From Heterodontus francisci (Eukaryota): a DNA stretch of 64,000 nt. The stretch is taken from contig NC_090378.1 in the NCBI RefSeq assembly GCF_036365525.1, positions 119,087,593 to 119,151,592 on the forward strand, in the 5' to 3' direction. Below are positions 24,201-39,200 of this stretch, in pieces (within the stretch, counting starts at the first letter, position 1; every line of letters starts with the position of its first letter). The position numbers and the translations under genes were made by a program. A model generated the notes under the pieces. That model was not told the DNA's origin and ran no database searches. It worked only from the letters and a program-made list of their open reading frames with translations.

Positions 24201-27200
24201 GAACAGGCGGTGGGACTGTGTGTCCATTATTATATATTATATATAACTGTGGGATGTGTCAGTGCAGGAGGTGAGACTGTGTGTCCATTATTATATATTA
24301 CATATAACTGTGGGATGTGTCAGTCCAGGAGGTGGGACTGTGTGTCCATTATTATGTATTATATATAACTGTGGGATGTGTCAGTATACAGGAGGTGGGA
24401 CTGTGTGTCCACTATTATATATTATATATAGCTGTGGGATGTGTCAGTACAGGAGTTGAGACTGTGTGTCCATTATTATGTATTATATATAACTGTGGGA
24501 TGTGTCAGTCCAGAAGGTGAGACTCTGTGTCCATTATTATATATTATATATAACTGTGGGATGTGTCAGTGCAGGAGGTGGGACCGTGTGTCCATTATTA
24601 TATATTATATATAACTGTGGGATGTGTCAGTCCAGGAGGTGGGACCGTGTGTCCATTATTTTATATTGTATATAACTGTGGGACGTGTCAGTCCAGGAGG
24701 TGGGACAGTGTGTCCTTTATTATATATTATATATAAATGTGGGATGTGTCAGTACAGGAGGTGGGACCGTGTGTCCATTATTATATATTATATATAACTG
24801 TGGGATGTGTCAGTCCAGGAGGTGGGACTGTGTGTCCTTTATTATATATTATATATAAATGTGGGACATGTCAGTGCAGGAGGTGGGACTGTGTGCCCAT
24901 TATTATTTATTACATATAACTGTGGGATGTGTCAGTCCAGGAGGTGTGACTGTGTGTCCTTCATTATATATTATATATAAATGTGGGACGTGTCAGTACA
25001 GGAGGTGGGACTGTGTGCCCATTATTATATATTACATATAACTGTGGGATGTGTCAGTCCAGGAGGTGGGACTGTGTGTCCATTATTATATTTTATATAT
25101 AACTGTAGGATGTGTCAGTACAGGAGGTGGGACCGTGTGTCCATTATTATATATTATATATAAATGTGGGATGTGTCACTACAGGAGGTGGGACTGTGTG
25201 TCCATTATTATATATTATATATAACTGTGGGATGTGTCAGTGCAGGAGGTGGGACCGTGTGTCCATTATTATATATTACATATAACTGTGGGATGTGTCA
25301 GTACAGGAGGTGAGACTGCGTGTCCATTATTATATATTATATATACCTGTGGGATGTGTCAGTGCAGGAGGTGGGACCGTGTGTCCATTATTATATATTA
25401 CATATAACTGTGGGATGTGTCATTGCAGGAGGTGAGACTGCGTGTCCATTATTATATATTATATATAACTGTGGGATGTGTCAGTCCAGGAGGTGGGACT
25501 GTGTGTCCATTATTATATATTATATATAACTGTGGGATGTGTCAGTCCAGGAGGTGGGACGGTGTGTCCATTATTATATATTATATATAACTGTGGGATG
25601 TGTCAGTCCAGGAGGTGGGACTGTGTGTCCATTATTATATATTATATATAACTGTGGGATGTGTCAGTATACAGGAGGTGGGACTGTGTGTCCATTATTA
25701 TATATTATATATAGCTGTGGGATGTGTCAGTACAGGAGGTGGGACCGTGTGTCCATTATTATATATTACATATAACTGTGGGATGTGTCAGTCCAGGAGG
25801 TGGGACTGTGTGTCCATTATTATATATTGTATATAACTGTGGGACGTGTCAGTCCAGGAGGTGGGACTGTGTGTCCATTATTATATATTGTATATAACTG
25901 TGGGACGTGTCAGTCCAGGAGGTGGGACTGTGTGTCCATTATTATATATTGTATATAACTGTGGGATGTGTCAGTACAGGAGGTGGGACTGTGAGTCCAT
26001 TGTTTTTTATTATATATATCTGTGGGATGTGTCAGTACAGGAGGTGGGACTGTGTGTCCATTATTATATATTATATATAACTGTGGGATGTGTCAGGACA
26101 GGAGGTGGGTCAGTGTGTCCATTATTATATATTATATATAACTGTGGGATGTGTCAGTGCAGGAGGTGGGACTGTGAGTCCATTATTCTTTATTATATAT
26201 ATCTGTGGGATGTGTCAGTACAGGCGGTGGGACTGTGTGTCCATTATTATATATTATATATAACTGTGGGATGTGTCAGTGCAGGAGGTGGGACTGTGTG
26301 TCCATTATTATTTATTATATATAACTGTGGGATGTGTCAGTGCAGGAGGTGGGACTGTGTGTCCATTATTATATATTATATATAACTGTGGTTTGTGTCA
26401 GTCCAGGAGGTGAGACGGTGTGTCCATTATTATATATTATATATAACTGTGGGATGTGTCAGTGCAGGTGGTGGGACTGTGTGTCCATTATTATTTATTA
26501 TATATAACTGTGGGATGTGTCAGTGCAGGAGGTGGGACTGTGTGTCCATTATTATATATTATATATAACAGTGGTTTGTGTCAGTCCAGGAGGTGGGACT
26601 GTGTGTCCATTATTATATATTATATATGACTGTGGGATGTGTTAGTACAGGAGGTGGGAACGTGTGTCCATTATTATATATTACATATAACTGTGGAATG
26701 TGTCAGTCCAGGAGGTGGGACTGTGTGTCCATTATTATATATTGTATATAACTGTGGGACGTGTCAGTACAGGAGGTGGGACTGTGTGTCCATTATTATA
26801 TATTATATATAACTGTGGGACGTGTCAGTAATGGAGGTGGGACTGTGTGTCCATTATTATATATTGTATGTAACAGTGGGATGTGTCAGTACAGGAGGTG
26901 GGTCAGTGTGTCCATTATTATATATTATATATAACTGTGGGATGTGTCAGTACAGGAGGTGGGACTGTGAGTCCATTATTTTTTATTATATATATCTGTG
27001 GGATGTGTCAGTACAGGCGGTGGGACTGTGTGTCCATTATTATATATTATATATAACTGTGGGATGTGTCAGTGCAGGAGGTGGGACTGTGTGTCCATTA
27101 TTATATATTATATATAACTGTGGGATGTGTCAGTGCAGGAGGTGGGAGTGTGTCCATTATTATTTATTATATATAACTGTGGGATGTGTCAGTCCAGGAG

Positions 27201-30200
27201 GTGGGACTGTGTGTCCATTATTATATATTGTATATAACTGTGGGACGTGTCAGTCCAGGAGGTGAGACTGTGTGTCCATTATTATATATTGTATATAACT
27301 GTGGGACGTGTCAGTACAGGAGGTGGGACTGTCTGTCCATTATTATATATTGTATGTAACTGTGGGAAGTGTCAGTCCAGGAGGTGGGACTGTGTGTCCA
27401 TTATTATAAATTATATATAACTGTGGGATGTGTCAGTACAGGAGGTGGGACTGCGTGTCCATTATCATATATTATATATAACTGTGGGATGTGTCAGTAC
27501 AGGAGGTGGGACTGTGAGTCCATTATTTTTTATTATATATATCTGTGGGATGTGTCAGTACAGGCGGTGGGACTGTGTGTCCATTATTATATATTATATA
27601 TAACTGTGGGATGTGTCAGTCCAGGAGGTGGGACTGTGAGTCCATTATTTTTTATTATATATATCTGTGGGATGTGTCAGTACAGGCGGTGGGACTATGT
27701 GTCCATTATTATATATTATATATAACTGTGGGACGTGTCGGTACAGGAGGTGGGACTGTGTGTCCATTATTATATATTATATATAAGTGTGGGATGTGTC
27801 AGTACAGGAGGTGGGACTATGTGTCCATTATTATATATTATATATAACTGTGGGACGTGTCGGTACAGGAGGTGGGACTGTGTGTCCATTATTATATATT
27901 ATATATAGGTGCGGGATGTGACAGTACAGGAGGTGGGACTATGTGTCCATTATTATATATTATATATAACTGTGGGACGTGACAGTACAGGAGTTGGGAG
28001 TGTGTGTCCATTATTATATCTTATATATAACTGTGGGACATGTCAGTACAGGAGGTGGGACTGTGTGTCCATTATTATATATTATATATAACTGTGGGAC
28101 GTGTCAGTACAGGAGATGGGACTGTGTGTCCATTATTATATATTATATATAACTGTGGGAGGTGTCAGTACAGGAGTTGGGACTGTGTGTCCATTATTAT
28201 ATTATATAACTGTGGGACGTGTCAGTACAGGAGGTGGGACTGTGTGTCCATTATTATATATTATATATAACTGTGGGACGTGTCAGTACAGGAGGTGGGA
28301 CTGTGTGTCCATTATTATATCTTATATATAACTGTGGGACATGTCAGTACAGGAGGTGGGACTGTGTGTCCATTATTATATATTATATATAACTGTGGGA
28401 CGTGTCAGTACAGGAGGTGGGACTGTGTGTCCATTATTATATATTATATGTAATTGTGGGACGTGTCAGTACAGGAAGTGGGACTGTGTGTCCATTATTA
28501 TATTATATAACTGTGGGATGTGTCAGTACAGGAGGTGGGACTGTGTGTCCATTATCATACATTATATATAACTGTGGGACGTGTCAGTACAGGAGCTGGG
28601 ACTGTGTGTCCATTATTATATATTATATATAACAGTGGGATGTGTCAGTACAGGAGGTGGGACTGTGTGTCCATTATTATATTATATAACTGTGGGACAT
28701 GTCAGTACAGGAGGTGGGACTGTGTGTCCATTATTATATATTATATATAACAGTGGGATGTGTCAGTACAGGAGGTGGGACTGTGTGTCCATTATTATAT
28801 TATATAACTGTGGGACATGTCAGTACAGGAGGTGGGACTGTGTGTCCATTATTATATTATATAACTGTGGGACATGTCAGTACAGGAGGTGGGACTGTGT
28901 GTCCATTATTATATATTATATATAACTGTGGGATGTGTCAGTACAGGAGGTGGGACTGTGTGTCCATTATTATATTATATAACTGTGGGACATGTCAGTA
29001 CAGGAGGTGGGACTGTGTGTCCATTATTATATTATATAACTGTGGGACATGTCAGTACAGGAGCTGGGACTGTGTGTCCATTATTATATTATATAACTGT
29101 GGGACATGTCAGTACAGGAGGTGGGACTGTGTGTCCATTATTATATATTATATATAACTGTGGGATGTGTCAGTACAGGAGGTGGGACTGTGTGTCCATT
29201 ATTATATATTATATATAACTGTGGACGTGTCAGTACAGGAGGTGGGACTGTGTGTCCATTATTATATATGATATATAACTGTGGGACGTGTCAGTACAGG
29301 AGGTGGGACTGTGTGTCCATTATTATATATTATATATAACTGTGGGACGTGTCAGTGCAGGAGGTGGGACTGTGTGTCCATTATTATATATTATATATAA
29401 CTGTGGGATGTGTCGGTACCGGAGGTGGGACTGTGTGTTCATTATTATATCTTAGATAGAACTGTGGGACGTGTCAGTGCAGGAGGTGGGTCAGTGTGTC
29501 CATTATTATGTATTATATATAACTGTGGGATGTGTCAGTCCAGAAGGTGAGACTGTGTGTCCATTATTATATATTATATATAACTGTGGGATGTGTCAGT
29601 GCAGGAGGTGGGACTGTGTGTCCATTATTATATATTATATATAACTGTGGGATGTGTCAGTCCAGGAGGTGGGACTGTGTGTCCATTATTTTATATTGGA
29701 TATAACTGTGGGACGTGTCAGTAGAGGAGGTGGGACTGTGTGTCCATTATTATATATTACATATAACTGTGGGATGTGTCAGTCCAGGAGGTGGGACTGT
29801 GTGTCCATTATTATGTATTATATATAACTGTGGGACGTGTCAGTACAGGAGGTGGGACTGTGTGCCCATTATTATATATTATATATAGCTGTGGGATGTG
29901 TCAGTACAGGAGGTGAGACTGTGTGTCCATTATTATGTATTATATATAACTGTGGGATGTGTCAGTCCAGAAGGTGAGACTGTGTGTCCATTATTATATA
30001 TTATATATAACTGTGGGATGTGTCAGTGCAGGAGGTGGGACCGTGTGTCCATTATTATATATTATATATAACTGTGGGATGTGTCAGTCCAGGAGGTGGG
30101 ACTGTGTGTCCATTATTTTATATTGTATATAACTGTGGGACGTGTCAGTCCAGGAGGTGGGACTGTGTGTCCTTTATTATATATTATATATAAAATGTGG

Positions 30201-33200
30201 GATGTGTCAGTACAGGAGGTGGGACTGTGTGTCCATTATTATATATTACATATAACTGTGGGATGTGTCAGTACAGGAGGTGGGACTGTGTGTCCATTAT
30301 TATATATTACATATAACTGTGGGATGTGTCAGTCCAGGAGGTGGGACTGAGTGTCCTTTATTATATATTATATATAAATGTGGGACGTGTCAGTACAGGA
30401 GGTGGGACGGTGTGCCCATTATTATATATTACATATAACTGTGGGATGTGTCAGTCCAGGAGGTGGGACTGTGTGTCCATTATTATATATTATATATAAC
30501 TGTGGGATGTGTCAGTACAGGAGGTGGGACCGTGTGTCCATTATTATATATTATATATAAATGTGGGATGTGTCAGTACAGGAGGTGGGACTGTGTGTCC
30601 ATTATTATATATTATATATAACTGTGGGATGTGTCAGTGCAGGAGGTGGGACCGTGTGTCCATTATTATATATTACATATAACTGTGGGATGTGTCAGTA
30701 CAGGAGGTGAGACTGCGTGTCCATTATTATATATTATATATACCTGTGGGATGTGTCAGTCCAGGAGGTGGGACCGTGTGTCCATTATTATATATCACAT
30801 ATAACTGTGGGATGTGTCAGTGCAGGAGGTGAGACTGCGTGTCCATTATTATATATTATATATAACTGTGGGATTTGTCAGTCCAGGAGGTGGGACTGTG
30901 TGTCCATTATTATATATTATATATAACTGTGGGATGTGTCAGTCCAGGAGGTGGGACTGTGTGTCCATTATTTTTTATTATATATATCTGTGGGATGTGT
31001 CAGTACAGGAGGTGGGACTGTGTGTCCATTATTATATATTATATATAACTGTGGGATGTGTCAGTCCAGGAGGTGGGACTGTGTGTCCATTATTTTTTAT
31101 TATATATATCTGTGGGATGTGTCAGTACAGGAGGTGGGACTGTGTGTCCATTATTATATATTATATATAACTGTGGGATGTGTCAGTACAGGAGGTGGGT
31201 CAGTGTGTCCATTATTATATATTATATATAACTGTGGGATGTGTCAGTACAGGAGGTGGGACTGTGAGTCCATTATTTTTTATTATATATATCTGTGGGA
31301 TGTGTCAGTACAGGCGGTGGGACTGTGTGTCCATTATTATATATTATATATAACTGTGGGACGTGTCAGTACAGGAGGTGGGACTGTGTGCCCATTATTA
31401 TATATTATATATAGCTGTGGGATGTGTCAGTACAGGAGGTGGGACTGTGTGTCCATTATTATATATTATATATAACTGTGGGATGTGTCAGTCCAGGAGG
31501 TGGGACTGTGTGTCCATTATTTTATATTGTATATAACTGTGGGACGTGTCAGTCCAGGAGGTGGGACTGTGTGTCCTTTATTATATATTATATATAAAAT
31601 GTGGGATGTGTCAGTACAGGAGGTGGGACCGTGTGTCCATTATTATATATTACATATAACTGTGGGATGTGTCAGTCCAGGAGGTGGGACTGTGTGTCCT
31701 TTATTATATATTATATATACATGTGGGACGTGTCAGTACAGGAGGTGGGACGGTGTGCCCATTATTATATATTACATATAACTGTGGGATGTGTCAGTCC
31801 AGGAGGTGGGACTGTGTGTCCATTATTATATATTATATATAACTGTGCGATGTGTCAGTACAGGAGGTGGGACCGTGTGTCCATTATTATATATTATATA
31901 TAAATGTGGGATGTGTCAGTGCAGGAGGTGGGACCGTGTGTCCATTATTATATATTACATATAACTGTGGGATGTGTCAGTACAGGAGGTGAGACTGCGT
32001 GTCCATTATTATATATTATATATACCTGTGGGATTTGTCAGTGCAGGAGGTGGGACCGTGTGTCCATTATTATATATTACATATAACAGTGGGATGTGTC
32101 AGTACAGGAGGTGGGACTGTGTGTCCATTATTATATATTATATATAAATGTGGGATGTGTCAGTGCAGGAGGTGGGACCGTGTGTCCATTATTATATATT
32201 ACATATAACTGTGGGATGTGTCAGTACAGGAGGTGAGACTGCGTGTCCATTATTATATATTACATATAACTGTGGGATGTGTCAGTCCAGGAGGTGGGAC
32301 TGTGTGTCCATTATTATATATTGTATATAACTGTGGGACGTGTCAGTCCAGGAGGTGGAACTGTGTGTCCATTATTATATATTGTATATAACTGTGGGAC
32401 GTGTCAGTCCAGGAGGTGGGACTGTGAGTCCATTATTTTTTATTATATATAACTGTGGGATGTGTCAGTACAGGGGGTGGGACTGTGTGTCCATTATTAT
32501 ATATTATATATAACTATGGGATGTGGCAGTGCAGGAGGTGGGACTGTGTGTCCATTATTATATATTATATATAACTGTGGGATGTGTCAGTACAGGGGGT
32601 GGGACTGTGTGTCCATTATTATATATTATATATAACTATGGGATGTGGCAGTGCAGGAGGTGGGACTGTGTGTCCATTATTATATATTATATATAACTGT
32701 GGGACATGTCAGTACAGGAGGTGGGACTGTGAGTCCATTATTTTTTATTATATATAACTGTGGGATGTGTCAGTACAGGGGGTGGGACTGTGTGTCCATT
32801 ATTATATATTATATATAACTATGGGATGTGGCAGTGCAGGAGGTGGGACTGTGTGTCCATTATTATATATTATATATAACTGTGGGATGTGTCAGTACAG
32901 GGGGTGGGACTGTGTGTCCATTATTATATATTATATATAACTATGGGATGTGGCAGTGCAGGAGGTGGGACTGTGTGTCCATTATTATATATTATATATA
33001 ACTGTGGGATGTGTCAGTGCAGGAGGTGGGACTGTGTGTCCATTATTATATATTATATATAACTGTGGGATGTGTCAGTACAGGAGGTGGGACTATGTGT
33101 CCATTATTATATATTAAAAATAACTGTGGGATGTGTCAGTCCAGGAGGTGGGACTGTGTGTCCATTATTATATATTGTATATAACTGTGGGATGTGTCAG

Positions 33201-36200
33201 TACAGGAGGTGGGACTGTGAGTCCATTATTATATATTATATATAACTGTGGGATGTGTCAGTACAGGAGGTGGGACTGTGAGTCCATTATTATATATTAT
33301 ATATAACTGTGGGATGTGTCAGTGCAGGAGGTGGGACCGTGTGTCCATTATTATATATTACATATAACTGTGGGATGTGTCAGTACAGGAGGTGAGACTG
33401 CGTGTCCATTATTATATATTATATATAACTGTGGGATTTGTCAGTCCAGGAGGTGGGACTGTGTGTCCATTATTATATATTGTATATAACTGTGGGATGT
33501 GTCAGTACAGGAGGTGGGACTGTGAGTCCATTATTATATATTATATATAACTGTGGGATGTGTCAGTGCAGGAGGTGGGACCGTGTGTCCATTATTATAT
33601 ATTACATATAACTGTGGGATGTGTCAGTACAGGAGGTGAGACTGCGTGTCCATTATTATATATTATATATAACTGTGGGATTTGTCAGTACAGGAGGTGG
33701 GACTGTGTGTCCATTATTATATATTATATATAACTGTGGGATGTGTCAGTACAGGAGGTGAGACTGCGTGTCCATTATTATATATTATATATAACTGTGG
33801 GATTTGTCAGTACAGGAGGTGGGACTGTGTGTCCATTATTATATATTATATATAACTGTGGGATGTGTCAGTACAGGAGGTGAGACTGCGTGTCCATTAT
33901 TATATATTATATATAACTGTGGGATTTGTCAGTACAGGAGGTGGGACTATGTGTCCATTATTATATATTATATATAACTGTGGGATGTGTCAGTACAGGA
34001 GGTGGGACCGTGTGTCCATTATTATATATTACATATAACTGTGGGATGTGTCAGTCCAGGAGGTGGGACTGTGTGTCCATTATTATATATTGTATATAAC
34101 TGTGGGACGTGTCAGTCCAGGAGGTGGAACTGTGTGTCCATTATTATATATTATATATAACTGTGGGATGTGTCAGTACAGGAGGTGGGACTGTGAGTCC
34201 ATTATTTTTTATTATATATATCTGTGGGATGTGTCAGTACAGGAGGTGGGACTGTGTGTCCATTATTATATATTATATATAACTGTGGGATGTGTCAGTA
34301 CAGGAGGTGGGACTGTGAGTCCATTATTTTTTATTATATATATCTGTGGGATGTGTCAGTACAGGAGGTGGGACTGTGTGTCCATTATTATATATTATAT
34401 ATAACTGTGGGATGTGTCAGTACAGGAGGTGGGACTGTGAGTCCATTATTTTTTATTATATATATCTGTGGGATGTGTCAGTACAGGAGGTGGGACTGTG
34501 TGTCCATTATTATATATTATATATAACTGTGGGATGTGTCAGTACAGGAGGTGGGACTGTGAGTCCATTATTTTTTATTATATATATCTGTGGGATGTGT
34601 CAGTACAGGAGGTGGGACCGTGTGTCCATTATTATATATTACATATAACTGTGGGATGTGTCAGTCCAGGAGGTGGGACTGTGTGTCCATTATTATATAT
34701 TGTATATAACTGTGGGACGTGTCAGTCCAGGAGGTGGAACTGTGTGTCCATTATTATATATTATATATAACTGTGGGATGTGTCAGTACAGGAGGTGGGA
34801 CTGTGAGTCCATTATTTTTTATTATATATATCTGTGGGATGTGTCAGTACAGGAGGTGGGACTGTGTGTCCATTATTATATATTATATATAACTGTGGGA
34901 TGTGTCAGTACAGGAGGTGGGTCAGTGTGTCCATTATTATATATTATATATAACTGTGGGATGTGTCAGTACAGGAGGTGGGACTGTGAGTCCATTATTT
35001 TTTATTATATATATCTGTGGGATGTGTCAGTACAGGCGGTGGGACTGTGTGTCCATTATTATATATTATATATAACTATGGGATGTGGCAGTGCAGGAGG
35101 TGGGACTGTGTGTCCATTATTATATATTATATATAACTGTGGGATGTGTCAGTGCAGGAGGTGGGACTGTGTGTCCATTATTATTTATTATATATAACTG
35201 TGGGATGTGTCAGTACAGGAGGTGGGACAGAGTGTCCATTATTATATATTATATATAACTGTGGGATGTGTCAGTCCAGGAGGTGAGACGGTGTGTCCAT
35301 TATTATATATTATATATAACTGTGGGATGTGTCAGTCCAGGAGGTGGGACTGTGTGTCCATTATTATATATTATATATAACTGTGGGATGTGTCAGTACA
35401 GGAGGTGGGACCGTGTGTCCATTATTATATATTACATATAACTGTGGGATGTGTCAGTCCAGGAGGTGGGACTGTGTGTCCATTATTATATATTGTATAT
35501 AACTGTGGGACGTGTCAGTACAGGAGGTGGGACTGTGTGTCCATTATTATATATTGTATGTAACTGTGGGAAGTGTCAGTACAGGAGGTGGGACTGTGTG
35601 TCCATTATCATAAATTATATATAACTGTGGGATGTGTCAGTACAGGAGGTGGGACTGCGTGTCCATTATCATATATTATATATAACTGTGGGATGTGTCA
35701 GTACAGGAGGTGGGACTGTGAGTCCATTATTTTTTATTATATATATCTGTGGGATGTGTCAGTACAGGCGGTGGGACTGTGTGTCCATTATTATATATTA
35801 TATATAACTGTGGGATGTGTCAGTACAGGAGGTGGGACTGTGAGTCCATTATTTTTTATTATATATATCTGTGGGATGTGTCAGTACAGGCGGTGGGACT
35901 GTGTGTCCATTATTATATATTATATATAACTGTGGGACGTGTCAGTACAGGAGATGGGACAGTGTGTCCATTATTATATATTATATATAACTGTGGGACG
36001 TGTCAGTACAGGAGATGGGACTGTGTGTCCATTATTATATATTATATATAACTGTGGGAGGTGTCAGTACAGGAGGTGGGACTGTGTGTCCATTATTATA
36101 TTATATAACTGTGGGACGTGTCAGGACAGGAGGTGGGACTGTGTGTCCATTATTATATCTTATATATAACTGTGGGACGTGTCAGTACAGGAGGTGGGAC

Positions 36201-39200
36201 TTTGTGTCCATTATTATATATTATATGTAATTGTGGGACGTGTCAGTACAGGAGGTGGTACTGTGTGTCCATTATTATATTATATAACTGTGGGATGTGT
36301 CAGTCCAGGAGGTGGGACTGTGTGTCCATTATTATATATTGTATATAACTGTGGGAAGTGTCAGTACAGGAGGTGGGACTGTGTGTCCATTATTATATAT
36401 TATATATAACTGTGGGACGTGTCAGTACAGGAGGTGGGACTGTGTGTCCATTATTATATATTGTATATAACTGTGGGACTTGTCAGTACAGGAGGTGGGA
36501 CTGTGTGTCCATTATTATATATTGTATGTAACTGTGGGAAGTGTCAGTACAGGAGGTGGGACTGTGTGTCCATTATCATAAATTATATATAACTGTGGGA
36601 TGTGTCAGTACAGGAGGTGGGACTGTGAGTCCATTATTTTTTATTATATATATCTGTGGGATGTGTCAGTACAGGCGGTGGGACTGTGTGTCCATTATTA
36701 TATATTATATATAACTATGGGATGTGGCAGTGCAGGAGGTGGGACTGTGTGTCCATTATTATATATTATATATAACTGTGGGATGTGTCAGTGCAGGAGG
36801 TGGGACTGTGTGTCCATTATTATTTATTATATATAACTGTGGGATGTGTCAGTACAGGAGGTGGGACAGAGTGTCCATTATTATATATTATATATAACTG
36901 TGGGATGTGTCAGTCCAGGAGGTGAGACGGTGTGTCCATTATTATATATTATATATAACTGTGGGATGTGTCAGTCCAGGAGGTGGGACTGTGTGTCCAT
37001 TATTATATATTATATATAACTGTGGGATGTGTCAGTACAGGAGGTGGGACCGTGTGTCCATTATTATATATTACATATAACTGTGGGATGTGTCAGTCCA
37101 GGAGGTGGGACTGTGTGTCCATTATTATATATTGTATATAACTGTGGGACGTGTCAGTACAGGAGGTGGGACTGTGTGTCCATTATTATATATTGTATGT
37201 AACTGTGGGAAGTGTCAGTACAGGAGGTGGGACTGTGTGTCCATTATCATAAATTATATATAACTGTGGGATGTGTCAGTACAGGAGGTGGGACTGCGTG
37301 TCCATTATCATATATTATATATAACTGTGGGATGTGTCAGTACAGGAGGTGGGACTGTGAGTCCATTATTTTTTATTATATATATCTGTGGGATGTGTCA
37401 GTACAGGCGGTGGGACTGTGTGTCCATTATTATATATTATATATAACTGTGGGATGTGTCAGTACAGGAGGTGGGACTGTGAGTCCATTATTTTTTATTA
37501 TATATATCTGTGGGATGTGTCAGTACAGGCGGTGGGACTGTGTGTCCATTATTATATATTATATATAACTGTGGGACGTGTCAGTACAGGAGATGGGACT
37601 GTGTGTCCATTATTATATATTATATATAACTGTGGGACGTGTCAGTACAGGAGATGGGACTGTGTGTCCATTATTATATATTATATATAACTGTGGGAGG
37701 TGTCAGTACAGGAGGTGGGACTGTGTGTCCATTATTATATTATATAACTGTGGGACGTGTCAGGACAGGAGGTGGGACTGTGTGTCCATTATTATATCTT
37801 ATATATAACTGTGGGACGTGTCAGTACAGGAGGTGGGACTTTGTGTCCATTATTATATATTATATGTAATTGTGGGACGTGTCAGTACAGGAGGTGGTAC
37901 TGTGTGTCCATTATTATATTATATAACTGTGGGATGTGTCAGTCCAGGAGGTGGGACTGTGTGTCCATTATTATATATTGTATATAACTGTGGGAAGTGT
38001 CAGTACAGGAGGTGGGACTGTGTGTCCATTATTATATATTATATATAACTGTGGGACGTGTCAGTACAGGAGGTGGGACTGTGTGTCCATTATTATATAT
38101 TGTATATAACTGTGGGACGTGTCAGTACAGGAGGTGGGACTGTGTGTCCATTATTATATATTGTATGTAACTGTGGGAAGTGTCAGTACAGGAGGTGGGA
38201 CTGTGTGTCCATTATCATAAATTATATATAACTGTGGGATGTGTCAGTACAGGAGGTGGGACTGTGAGTCCATTATTTTTTATTATATATATCTGTGGGA
38301 TGTGTCAGTACAGGCGGTGGGACTGTGTGTCCATTATTATATATTATATATAACTGTGGGATGTGTCAGTACAGGAGGTGGGACTGTGAGACCATTATTT
38401 TTTATTATATATATCTGTGGGATGTGTCAGTACAGGCGGTGGGACTGTGTGTCCATTATTATATATTATATATAAGTGTGGGATGTGTCAGTACAGGAGG
38501 TGGGACTGTGTGTCCATTATTATATATTATATATAAGTGTGGGATGTGTCAGTACAGGAGGTGGGACTATGTGTCCATTATTATATATTATATATAACTG
38601 TGGGACGTGTCAGTACAGGAGATGGGACTGTGTGTCCATTATTATATATTATATATAACTGTGGGACGTGTCAGTACAGGAGATGGGACTGTGTGTCCAT
38701 TATTATATATTATATATAACTGTGGGAGGTGTCAGTACAGGAAGTGGGACTGTGTGTCCATTATTATATTATATAACTGTGGGACGTGTCAGGACAGGAG
38801 GTGGGACTGTGTGTCCATTATTATATATTATATATAACTGTGGGACGTGTCAGTACAGGAGGTGGGACTGTGTGTCCATTATTATATCTTATATATAACT
38901 GTGGGACGTGTCAGTACAGGAGGTGGGACTTTGTGTCCATTATTATATATTATATGTAATTGTGGGACGTGTCAGTACAGGAGGTGGTACTGTGTGTCCA
39001 TTATTATATTATATAACTGTGGGATGTGTCAGTAAAGGAGGTGGGACTGTGTGTCCATTATTATATATTATATATAACTGTGGGATGTGTCAGTACAGGA
39101 GCTGGGACTGTGTGTCCATTATTATATATTATATATAACAGTGGGATGTGTCAGTACAGGAGGTGGGACTGTGTGTCCATTATTATATTATATAACTGTG